The position numbers and the translations under genes are program-made. Shown here piece by piece: positions 1 to 12,580 of a DNA stretch of 64,000 nt (position 1 is the first letter of the stretch; every line of letters begins with the position of its first letter). The stretch comes from Botryllus schlosseri (lineage: Eukaryota). The notes below the pieces were generated by a model, which searched no databases, was not told where the DNA came from, and saw only the letters and a program-made list of their open reading frames with translations. The DNA is taken from contig CM119372.1 in the NCBI GenBank assembly GCA_051294905.1, positions 16,122,001 through 16,186,000 of the forward strand, in the 5' to 3' direction.

Positions 1-1039
1 CAATAATGATTTTTGCATCGGTCTTCAATAAATCTGAGAATTCGCGTCACTATTGAAACGCAAAAATCCGAAGTTGAATAAACTTTCACGACTGTGATGA
101 TTATGGTGACGCATATTTCGATGATTTTATCAGTGTGAATATTATTCAACATGGGCCTACATCTCGCTTTATTGACAAGGGTGCCACTGGTTTAAATTGT
201 GGGCACCTGAAAAGATGTGCAATTAATCAATTATGCATCTTTTCTGGAATAACTGGATCCGCGGAACGGCTTTACATACCATGTTTATCGTATAATTGTA
301 TATTCAATCATTCTGGAAACCAGTATTTAACATTCCGACGTATTTTAAATTGATGATACATATATATATACACCAATATTTACTCTATAACCTCAAGTCA
401 ACGAAGTAGCCAATGATTACACTGAAGTAGGTGTATAGAGAATCCGAAAATACGATGCAATGTTTTTGTATACAAGTTGGTGGGTTAAGATGCTTTCCAC
501 ACAGGATTTCCAAAAAATAGCCAGTATTATAGACACTTCTGAAATGGTATGTTCCGTCGCCGGTACAGTGGTTTTACTTCAAAAAAGAGACGTTTTCCTT
601 GGCGCAGCATATTACTCAGATGTGACCATTAGGACTACATGATCCATTTCTGCCGAAACCCCTCCTAAATTGACCTTCAATATAAGATCGACAGCTGCCT
701 AAGGTTAAGTCTGGAGTCCATCACTTATTTTGATACTCTCTATGAATGCAAATGTGCAGTCTATAACAGGGTTGGTATCAAGTCACTACCGTCGAGTCCC
801 AAGTCCATTCAATCGATTTTTAGAGGAGACTCGCGTTAAGTGAAGTGAAGTCACGTCGAGTCAAGTCACGAGTCAAGTCACAAAGTCATGTCGAATTTTC
901 GAAGTTCGAGGTATGATACAAGCCATTGCATTTCAAAAAATCATTGAATGCAGAATGATCCAATCGAGTAACGAATATCGAGTTGGTTACACTTTCAACG
1001 GGGTGTTGTATGGCTCACATGCAGGCAGTATCAACAGAG

Positions 1040-2076
1040 CAGAGGTGGTCAAAGTAGTCAAGAAAGCTACTCAAGTAGAAGTAGAAGTAGCGACGAAAAA
1101 ATCTACTCAAGTACGAGTAGAAGTATTTCTTTCATAAGTAACCTAAAACTACTTGAAGTAGAAGTAGAATTGACTGACTTTAAATCTATTCAAGTAAGTA
1201 AGTAGTTGTGAAAACGATCGTAATTAGTTCACATGGACTGATAAAAGCTGCAAATAGAGCTATGCGGAAGATTTAGAGAGCTTGATTCATATTGATGCAT
1301 CCCAGGAGGTGTCAATTTTTGATAGAATAAGCAGTCGTCCACATCATGGGATGAATGTAAGGCATTAAAACGCATGCTTTTATACTTCAACATGTATGTT
1401 CTCCAGACAAAGGAACTGCAACTATAATTAGAACTCAACGTATAATACTCGTAATTGAAAGAAAAATACAAATACTACTTCTAAAAAGCGGAAAATATAT
1501 TTCATATCTTTTGTCCAGAAACTTTCAACGGTTGTCTGCTAAAACAGGTATAACGTTAAAAAAGTCCATGTCCGGATTAGGACATGTCATGGGCTGCTAG
1601 GTATGATAAGTAATTGCTGGATTGCGATTAACGGCAGTTTCAAACGTTATGGGGGAATAGTTTCTGTGATGAAATATTTGATATAGGTGACAATGCGGTG
1701 TGAACGGAACCACGCAACCCGGTATCTAAATTATATTCGGCGACACTTTCGATAAAACATATTTGTCCCTCCATATCTACTGTGCGCGAAGAGCAACGAT
1801 AATTCTGGGTATTACATGGCTTTTATGAAAACTAAATGTTGGTACTACGTGAAGACAGCCTCAAAATTCCTTAGGCCATCTTTCTTATTGGAGGATTAAA
1901 CCACTTCTACTTGACAAACTGAAAATAGCGAAAACTCAGCAAGTAGTTCACAAAATATTACGTAGTAAAAGTAGAAGTAGTGAGAAAAAAGATCTACTTG
2001 AGTAAGTACCAGAAGTAGAGGAAAACTACTTGGGTATTTCGAGAAAATAGAAGTACTTCGTTACTGACCGCCTCTG
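1040..2076. mobile_element. Non-autonomous TIR element (hAT-like MITE) with AGTAGAAGT-rich subterminal repeats
   Basis: Ends CAGAGGTGGTCA...TGACCGCCTCTG. Flanks CAACAGAG/CTACGGAG are a degenerate 8-bp TSD. A shorter copy in the opposite orientation lies at 55381-55646. Confidence 0.65.
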
Positions 2077-5000
2077 CTACGGAGCCACGCTGGCAAATGT
2101 CTGCCACGTGTGGCTAGATTGCGTAGTGATACGTTCTGCAGCTGCGGCACCAATGGGTTGCGGGTTTGAGTCCGTGTTCGACTCCAGGATTCTTACCTGA
2201 GTGTCGGATGTTTATCTAGGCTCCTCGTCGCCACGTGATCCGCGTAAGCAGTGTCTTAAAAAAGCCTAGCAGTGGGCCGTGCTACAAGTCGGTAAATACG
2301 GAAACAAAGAATAATGGTCTGGTGTAAAATGACAAATGTAGTCGAATCACCTTTCATATCCAACAACAACAGCATCAGCAAGACATGATATAATATGAAA
2401 CCTCGGAAAGTTCAAACAAATTGATATGATGCGATACATAAACCACTACTACTAGTTGTCGAGTTATATAAATGTAAAAACTAATATATCAGTCCGATTT
2501 AAATGATGAAATAGTTTCGTTAAGATCAGCACTGAGCTGGGAGACACAGCTATATGCATTGAATACTGATAGTTTACGACAACGTATGCTACAGTAACTA
2601 CGTATTGGGTCATTTAGTCAATATATTTGCGACTGAACGACGGAGACCGAGTAAATCCAGGCTGCGCAATCGTTGAACGACTCGTTGCTCCCACAGATAT
2701 TACCAGAGTGTCGAGAGCATGTAAACACGTACAGGAACAAGGACATTTTAATGTAGTTTCATGAGCGTACAAAATTACGAAGCCTAATGTTCCCATTGAA
2801 TGAGGCAATTATGCACTTTGGGCAAGCAGTATTTCGTAATTTCACTTTTAGTCTAGGCCCGCCTAGAACAGTGGTCCCCAACCTTTTTACCGTCATTCCA
2901 CACTTTTGATTTTTTTTCGTGTCGTCATTCCCCACCCTAAATCCCTCCATCCAACCTCTAATATTGCTCCCCCAAATAACGTTTGGTAACGCTGTGTTTC
3001 GTAAGAACTTTCTGTTGGTGGAAGTTAAGACGACCCAGAATCGACAGTAACGACCCGTGCGAATTAAACCAGTGCTTGCGGCAGTTGCTCATAATTTTCA
3101 TTCATAGGAACTCGATTCGAGAGTTCAATTACGAAGTTCTAACCATGTAACACCATCTTCCGCAAAATTTTACAAGTGTTAGGTCAACCACATGGTATTA
3201 AATAGCACTAAAACAGTGCGCATATTGTAGATACGTGATCGAATGCATAAATTTATAATCGGGTTGAACCTTTCTAGCAAAATGGCGAAAGGCATGTGCA
3301 ATCATTAAACAGCCGCAATCGAATGCTCAAAGAGCTGCAGTTTGCCCACACCTGGTATATATACTACATGTAATTATTTTGCAGGTTCGTCTGTTCCCCA
3401 CCAGAAACTTCCGAATTCCCCAGTATTGGGGAATTCCCCACTGGTTGGAAACCACTGATCCAGAAGTTTCCAAAATAGTTCGCGAATTGCAGCAATAATT
3501 TACCGCGCTAGTACCCATAAGCTGATATATGGATATGCATACTGGTTGCTGTTTATTGCAAGGTGTAGGCCAGTGGTCGGGAACCTTTGGTTCTTTTGGG
3601 TAAAATGTATGGCTCTTTGACAAATTTTCTTTTTTGTATCTAATTTATTAATATTGCAGCAACTTGTTAGTAAATTTTCATCAGGGTCAGATTAATTGTT
3701 CTCGTGGCTGTATATATGACTCTGAGAGGTCAACACAGTGGCGTATCGAGGGATAGGGAGACGAGCCACCTTTGCAAAATCCTCAAATTCCAGTTGCTTT
3801 CGAGCCGGCGACCAATACCACTCGCGAGTTAGATGAACCCGGTATCAAGCGCCTCGAAATTTCGGATTGCACGTACGTTGGTTGATCAAATGATCAGAGA
3901 GAATAGCAGACATCGCGACGCCGGTATGACAATGCAGTTTTCAAATACACATTGTCTTCTTGATCTACGGCGAGAAATGAGCTGCCGTGGAAGTGACATT
4001 CACAATTATAAATGCAAATTACGAACAACGTCATAGCTGTCAGTAGTCATCGTTCATGTTCTTGATCAGTAAGTAGCTTTGCAGTACCGGTGGTTAAATG
4101 TAAGCGTGTTGCGCAACGTTATGTTATCGCCGAATAATTTGAGAATTGAGAAGTCGATCAAGATTTAGATTTTCGGGATCAGCGCGACAGATACATCCGA
4201 TGCTTATACATTTGAAGCAATTTATGATGAATTGCGTCATCACAGGCGAGACTAGATATGTGGCCTCACCTATGTGACCCGTGTGAGTCTCACATGTGCC
4301 TTACCTCTCCTTTATTTTCAAACAATAAACATGGAAATTGTGTAATGCTGGGTGCAAAAATGTTCAAAATCTAGTCATTCATAAACATCGATAGAAAATA
4401 CAAATATTTATTGAAGGTTTCACAATTTTTTTTCACACATCCTGACGACAGATGATGCACTTCACCACTTGTGTTCTCTGACCCTACGTCACTGACACAT
4501 CACACCTCACATTGGGAAATGTACTGCTGTAGCGACCATGTTAGGCTCCATCTACGCATGTGATCATGTGTCCTCAAATTAAAAAGGAGCATCAAGACGA
4601 GCCTACGATCTCGTATAACTGATGGAAGTGGATTCCAGTGACGTGCGGTCAGGGGAGGCAAGTGAGTCAGTGCCTCACCTGTCACCAGGACGAGTAAAGG
4701 AAAATTGTCACACCTTCAATGAATATTGATCTTTACGATCGCTCTTCATGAATACCTAAATTCCATCCTACATCATCAATTTTCATAATTATTGGTCGAA
4801 AATTAATCGCGAAAGGAGAGGTGAGGCTCAGGTGAGGTACGAACTGGTCGTGTCTCACCTGCGACAATGCAATTCATCATGAACAGCTCAGAATTCGTGA
4901 TAACTGGTAATAATCAAATGCTATTTTCGCACCGATTCTGGAACTCCGAATATTTAATATCTTAAAGCACCGGAACCCCCTTTAAATCCCCAAGGAATGT

Positions 5001-7111
5001 GAAATTCGGCTTCATTACGGACAATGGAAGCGCATAGAAACAATAGCCAGTGAAGGCATAATCGAATCTGCCTGACTCACTATTCGCGAGCAATCGCACA
5101 ATCGCAGCTCGGTGAAACGTGCTATCGATTTCGGAAACCGACCGTGTTGTGTGGATTGTAAGTAGCGACGGCCAATATGTAATGTGGAGCAAATACCTTC
5201 CGCACTAATGCAGCTGTTATGTGTTTTCCATCCATACAGCTACCTTGAATTGTGGTATGTGATAGCTACTCACGTAGCCTGCGTTGTCGTGGTATGTGCC
5301 TCACCAGACTTGAACCTCACCGCACGTCACTGGTAGATTCACACTCTAACTGTTGTCTACATTTGTTGTTGATGATAATTAATTTCGAACAACATCATAT
5401 GGCTCACTGTAATACGATTAAAAAGATATAACTTGCAAAAGATCTATGTTACTTAAGTTTCGCATGCTCAAATAAGGCAGTAGTACCAGTAACCCCCACT
5501 ACGACTCTCATGTAGTGAGTTCGAATTAGTGCTACGGTGACGTCATCAATTTTCCATGGTGACGTAACAGTGGATTAACATGTATGGTTCTTTGGAGTTA
5601 AAATGGAAAATATAGGGCCAATATAAAAAGGTTCCGGGCCCCTGGTGTAGGCCTATATCCAACTCGCGATTCCTGATCCACCTACTCACCCGATCGTCGA
5701 GAAGAAACAGCGGTCACATCATAACAAGCGTAGTGAAAAACCAGCAGCAAAAGTAAACACCAAACGGTTGTGGTCTTCATAACGTTTCCTCGCTCTGCGA
5801 TTGCACACCTGACCGAAAAGACTTTAGCAGCTGTAATTATTTTATAAATGATGCATATGCATACGATATACGCTGTATGACACTGCTCTTATGACTCGGG
5901 TTCAAAATAGTCGATTTCAAACCAAGGAGCGACAAAACGGTGAGTTCACAACCGTGAGCATGAGCATCATATTAGCTAGACATCGAACAGCGAGTGCCAT
6001 AATAGCGAGGATCAGAAATTGCGATTCATTCAAAATAGCGAGTATGATGATGCTGTGGCACTTGCTATATTGAATGCCTCGCTATATAGCGCTCTCCATT
6101 TTGACGCTTGACTGTTGCCATTTTACCTGGATTCCGGCACTCACATACCTGCCGTGATAGCAAGCGAATATTGAAATGTGGCCAACTATCTTCGTATGCA
6201 TGAGTAATGAGCATGAGACATAGGGTACGAGGGATACTGCAACGATTCCAGCGATTTGACAATAAAAACAGCTTCCATTCACTGCTAATCTGATATTGTT
6301 GCGGAGCATATGGCGGAATGATCCGATGATGTTCTTATTAATATGCTATGATTCTATACAATTGAATTCCAACAAAATTAATATTTCTTATATTCGCAGA
6401 TGTTGGAAGATACATGAAACCAACTTACCGAAATCTTTCTGTGTATTGATATGCTGTAGAATGAGAATAGGAACCGTTTCTTCTAGTATATATTATCATT
6501 GTTTTGCTCGCGTATTTCCTTTCGTCAATCCATTTTTTCTCCAACTGTACTCAGCATGAAATCTCACTCTGCAATGTGATTATACTTTGCCCACTCAATG
6601 TCCGCTTTGAAATCGCAGTAGCTGTTATGCAAACTTATTCTGATGGAGAAGACAAATCGTTCGAATATGTATTCTGAAAACAACATTCATTTGCGCAAGG
6701 TGCGGGACGGTCGGAAAATTCAACTTCTGTTATAGATTAGTTTATGCGATTGTCTTAATATGAAGGCGCAATCTAATAATGAATTCCAGGCCCTGTCACT
6801 ATCCGTCCTAAGCGGCCACCAAATGACAATAAATCGACTATATTTATAGTTACCAATCGATATTATAGCTTCCCGAATGTCTCTGAGAGGGAACTGCACG
6901 GAATATGATATCTATCGCTACAAAATGACAATAGAATCAATCAACAATGTACCGCATGAATAATATTAGATTGACAAATGTTACCATAACTAACTTCAAT
7001 CCGAAAGAAGTATTACTTGAGAAATTAGACTTTGCTTATACTGACCGCCAAGTACAGCAATGATATAGCAATATAGTACAGCAATTCTCTAAAGAATTGG
7101 ATCATCAGCAC

Positions 7112-8097
7112 TAGGGAGGGTGTGAACGTGAGGTTCACGTTTGCGTTCTGTGTGTGAACCTCGGAAATTTTGAGGTTCGCGTTCACAACAGAACCTTGGT
7201 AGGTTCTGCACTGTGAACCTTTTTCATATATTATAATTTTCACGTCATTATAACATCTTTGGTTCAAATTTATTGCATTTCAACTGCGGGCCACTTTATA
7301 TGCATGGTGCTGGCAGCATAAACAATCAACACTAAACGAGCATGCACCTTGACAATCTCAAAAGTTTGCTCCAAATATCCAGCTTTCCGTTTGTGAATAT
7401 TTATTAGTGACTCTCTGCTGTGAGCTTGACCCGCAATCACACAACACCAAGAGCGAAATACACTACATGCAGTCAGCGAATGATGCTTATTCAACCAATC
7501 AATGAGATTGATATCGTTTTCTGATGTAAAAAATCTAGCACGCGTACGGGATCAATCTTGACGACTTCATATGTTTACTTATCATAAAAGCCAAATCCGT
7601 GCGATTGCGGTGTTGGTTACACCTGTATAACTTGTTAATGGGGTAATATCGGTAGCACGTATAGTAACCCGTTTTGCACTCTGCTCAATATCCATGTAGC
7701 AATACTCAGACGCCGAATACACTGTCCGGTCTGGTCTAGACTAGACAGTTAAGGCGTAAGCATATATTGCCTGGCAAGTCCTCGTCGAAATTGTTGGCAA
7801 AGCGACGGAAGATATTGATTTTATGGGATCATTTAATTGTCTCAGTTGATACATTTAGCGACGTTTAAAACGTCAATATGTACTTCAGCATGGTGGAATT
7901 TATGTGACCCGATTCGTCGCTAGGTATCGTGTACAAGTACATTAATATAGGATATCACTTCATCGAAATATAGGGTTGAAATTATCAATATGACGTCACG
8001 TGACGTCATGAGGTTCACGTTCGCGTTCACACAGAACCTTTCAAAAAGGTTCGCGTTCACACGAACCTGAACCTTTTAGAGGTTCACACCATCCCTA
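7112..8097. mobile_element. hAT-type MITE, family A (TAGGGATGGTGTGAAC TIR)
   Basis: TIRs TAGGGAGGGTGTGAAC / GTTCACACCATCCCTA. Exact 8-bp TSD ATCAGCAC (7104-7111, 8098-8105). Homologous copies at 8188-10440 and 48406-49392. Confidence 0.88.
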
Positions 8098-8187
8098 ATC
8101 AGCACCATGCGTGTTGAATAAAAAGACACTCTTTCCATGATCGGGCGTTGCAATTGGTTTATCGTTTCCTACTTTAGCCTATTTTAT

Positions 8188-10440
8188 AAGGGATGGTGTG
8201 AGCGTGAGGTTCACGTTCGCGTTCTGTGTGTGAACTCTATAAATTTAAAGGTTCGCGCTCAGAAACGAACCTTGGTAGGTTGTGCACTGTGAACGTTTTT
8301 CATATATTGCAAGTTTCACGTCATCACTACATCTTTGGTTGAAATTCTTTGCGTTTCAACTTCGGACCACTTTATACATGGCGCTGGCGGCATGAAAATA
8401 TCAACACTAAACGACCATGCAACCTGCCGATCTCAGTAATTTCACATGCGTTGTTACAAAAGTTTGCTCGAGATATTCAGCTTTCCGTTCATGAATATTT
8501 AGTGACTCTGTGCTGTGAGCTTCACCCACAATCACATAACATCTAGAATGAAATACTCTACATGTAGGTAGTCGACGAATGATGCTTGTAAAACCAATCA
8601 ATGAAATCGATACAAAGAATACATCGCTGTCAAATGTTAATAATGTAGCAGTCGTACGAGATCCATTTTGATTTGATATTGTATCATAAAAACCAAATTC
8701 ATGCGAGTGGGGTGTTGGCCACTGCAGTGTTTCTCAGCCTTTTTCAGTTCGCGACCTACTTTTCATCCCAATTTCATTGCGCGACCCACCAAAGGCCCTC
8801 TCACGACTAAAATTTAAACTACTGTTCGTGGCCGCCAGTTTTTATGTTTTCAGTGCGTTACAGTTATCTGGTCGCGCCTAGCATGAATATGTTCCCGAAT
8901 TCATGATTGCTTTAGGTCAATGATATTGGCAATTGCATATACTGTTATGCATTTTTGACGACAGGAATATTTGAAGACAGCAATTTAGGTGCCTATATAG
9001 TCAGTGGAAAATGAGGCCAAAGGTTTGGATCCTTTTCAGAAGAGATTTTCTCACTGTCGATAATTATGGCAGCACGTTTCGCGGAGTCGCATGTTGATCG
9101 AAACTTCATAAGTTTTGGTATGTCATAGCGGTAATGGCCGAAACCAAAAGGCCTATTTCTATTACTTATTGGTATTATTTTTATTAGGAGGATGGGCACC
9201 CCTATTAACCAAGACATCGAACGATGTCAAATCGCGACCTGCGCGAAGAAATTTGGAAAAGGGTCAATAATTCTTCAAACATATACTCCATAATTTATGT
9301 TGATTCATGAGATAATTTTGGCCCCTCTTCGAGCTCGATGCACCAATTGGGCGTTGGGGTTCTGCAGATAAGTCCTGCATGTAACAGATAACTAAAGACA
9401 GAAAGGCTTATCCAGATCCTCGCCGTCAGATCTGCTTAAACGGTGTTTTAAAAAAGTCTGAATGTGGTCCGTGACCCAAGTCGGCAGATTCGCAATCATA
9501 ATAAAGAATATCGGCCTGTTGTAAATGACCATGACCATTGTAGTAGAAAAGCACCACGAATACCACAAGCAACAACAGACGAGAAATCGTGTATCCAATC
9601 TGCCAATCGTCTATTACGTCGAACACAAAGGGGTTTTGAGGAGCTCGCGACGTGGCAAATATTTGCTGATTATAACGACAAATCGGGCTGGATTGCTGCA
9701 TTTCCCGATGAACGTTCGTAAAGACTTAGGAGGAAAGAATGAATTTCAATCACACGCATGCACATTGCACAATAACGCACAGTAGCTGTGACGAAAATCT
9801 GGCTCATGAATTATTGTGAGGAAGTCAACGTTACTGGTGGCGCTTATGGGCGCAAAACAATTTAATTTGGAGGAGGAGAATGTGCATTTACTCTTTTAAG
9901 TGTTATGAATATTTGGAAAGTTGAATACGAAAGGGTAACATTTGAAACGTCTTCGCGAGCCACCTGAAATAGCTTCGCGGCCCACCGGCTGAGAATCACC
10001 GGGATACCGTACAACTTTTTTATGGGGTAATATTGGTAGCAAGTATAGAATGCAGTTTTAGACTCTGCTCTTTATCAATGTAGCAATAGTCAGACGACGA
10101 ATACATTGTCCGGTTTGGCTGGACAGTATAGGCGTAAGCTTATAATCCCTTGCGAGTCCTCGTCGGAATTGTTGGCAAAGCGACGGAAGATATTGATTTT
10201 ACGGGATTATTATAACATTTGATTTCTCCAGTTGATGCATTTGGCGAGGTTCAAAAAGTTAGCATGTACTTAAGCATTGTGGCATAATGTGGCCTCAGTC
10301 GTCGCTAAGTATCGAATAGTATACAATAATACATTATTTCACTGAAATGCAAGGTTGGAATGAACAATATGACGTAAAGGGACGTCATAGGTTCACGTTC
10401 GCGTTCACACATAACCTTTCAGGGGTTCGCGCCATCCCCA
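8188..10440. mobile_element. hAT-type MITE family A copy, interrupted by a nested TIR element
   Basis: Colinear similarity to 7112-8097 on both sides of the insert at 8725-10001. Same GGGATGGTGTG/GGTTCACGTTCGCGTTC terminal motifs. Confidence 0.75.
8725..10001. mobile_element. Nested non-autonomous TIR element (hAT-like)
   Basis: Ends CAGTGTTTCTCAGCC / GGCTGAGAATCACCG. It splits the family-A copy. No clear TSD. Confidence 0.55.
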
Positions 10441-12580
10441 CTTATTGTGGGAATGAGCGCAGTCCATTTTGCCCGCAAATGGGAAATAATACTGCGATTG
10501 GTAGACTTTCATACCCATGCCATGATCGGTAAATCCTCATGACAGCCTCATTAGCGAAGTTGTGTCTTTGTTTTCTCAGGAACATGATACAGATGTCTTA
10601 AAAATGATTGATTAAAGGTGTATAGGATACATTGATTCTGGCTAGAATGCTAGAACCTTCGTTTTGTGAATCTACTGTGGCTACGTGATATTGCTCCTCG
10701 CTTCTCAGCCGTGTCTGAGATACGATTAACAATATGCTGTCTGGTATGTGAATCGTAAAAACAAGTTTGCGTCGAAAGGAATCTTTATGAAGATGCGTAA
10801 TAATATAAGCTTGTACTTGGTCGCAACCGCATTTGTGCAATACATGCAACCATTCTCAGTAACCGTGTTATTTGCTGAAAAATCAAAATTACCTTGCCTC
10901 TCCAAATCTAGAGTGCTCACCGACATTGTGGCGAAAATGAACAGGAATTCTTTGGAACAAACATCTCAAGCGAATATCGGACTGGCATTGCATCACACTT
11001 GGTCGTTTTTTCGCAAACGACCATTGCGAAACGAAAACACCCGAGTACGTGCAAGTAGATCGACTTCCTCGTAACAACGTGAATTCACAATACTTAAACA
11101 AACCAGGTGTCGCCTATCTAAAAGTCAGTCACCTGAACGATATTTGACACTGGTATGTACAATTTCTCCAAATTTCAAACCTATTTATTTTTGGTAATTA
11201 TGCATGAAAAGTGGTGACAGATTGTAGGGGGTCGCATCGTTTGTTATTTCACGAAATTATTCGGATCACAATTGGTCTGCAAGAATGACTTTTTTTACAA
11301 GACGATGCGTATTTGACGGATGGAACCTTAAACTTGTACGCAAACTTGTGAGACTACTGATGATTTAGTTCGGAAAGAAAGCTAATCTTCTGGAGTTACG
11401 TTAACAACGCTGATCGACAAAACGTGACTTTTTAAACGAGATGTTTACCATGCGGTTAAACAGATGGATTTTTCAAGCTGATTTCGAATCAGCCTTCCGT
11501 ATTCTTTTAGCTTCTAACACATCAAATTTTTAAGATTTCGCCAAATTTGTATTTTTCGATTTTTTTTTAATTGAAAAAAATAAAAATTCCGTGACACTTG
11601 AAAATGTTTGACGTATGACTTTCTTTTGTATACATGACATATCGACGGTATAAGGTCGGTCCAGCACGAAGCGAGAAGAGCTTATTTTCATGAAAAACCA
11701 TTAAAATATTATAAAAAATCGGCCAAAATAGCAATACCCTGGCTATGCCATCGATCTGCCTATACATTATTTTGATGAAGCTCATTGTAACGCCGCGGTA
11801 TAGCATCCAGAGGCCACCGCTGGCATTCCCTCGTTCCAAAAACCGTGGCACCGAATTTCCATCGCCCGAATTGTTTGGTGATATCGTTCGATTTGTTCGT
11901 TACTAACTGCACAATTTGCAAGCATTGCATTGAATTGCTTTCAAAGGGAGCATTTATCGTATGAGGTCCTGTTGAAAGTTGCATCAGAATCTACGAAAGG
12001 CCCGGTTACATTTTGTAACACGTAGTATAGAGCTAGGCATGCTGCTATTACCCGATACGTATGTATACCCTGGAGACAGATAGGCGTACCAAGGCATTGG
12101 TAAGTCATAAAGCGAATGATGAGCAGCATTTTCTACCAGCGCCAATGAAAGATGACAATCTCCTGAATCGCTTCGGTCATAATTCACTCAGCAATGTCGA
12201 ATTCAGTAAAGCAGAAGAATGTCATAACCTGAAGCAGTCAAGTATACGATATACGTCCTCAGAATCGTACATCAAGTCCAAATATACTTCGCAGAGGTTT
12301 GCACTTTTCTTGTATCTTTTTATATTCCTGCAACTGCGAGAATATTGGAAATGCCGAACCAGGGTTATTTAGATATACCTACCTCTGCCGAACATAGAGG
12401 CGTCCATGCGCCATTGTTATTTACTATTTTGGAGAGCATCACGACAATAATATTTGTACGAACTATATTATTTGAAACAATAAAACAAACAATAAGATTA
12501 TGGCTAAAATCTGGACAAAACTGTAATCGAACCTTTCAGTATATGATATAGATATATCATCCAAAGTAGAAGGTATAAGC

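Noticed and set aside
9392..9785. Cluster of overlapping 68-91-aa ORFs
   Set aside because: They lie inside a nested TIR element and show no recognisable domain in any frame.
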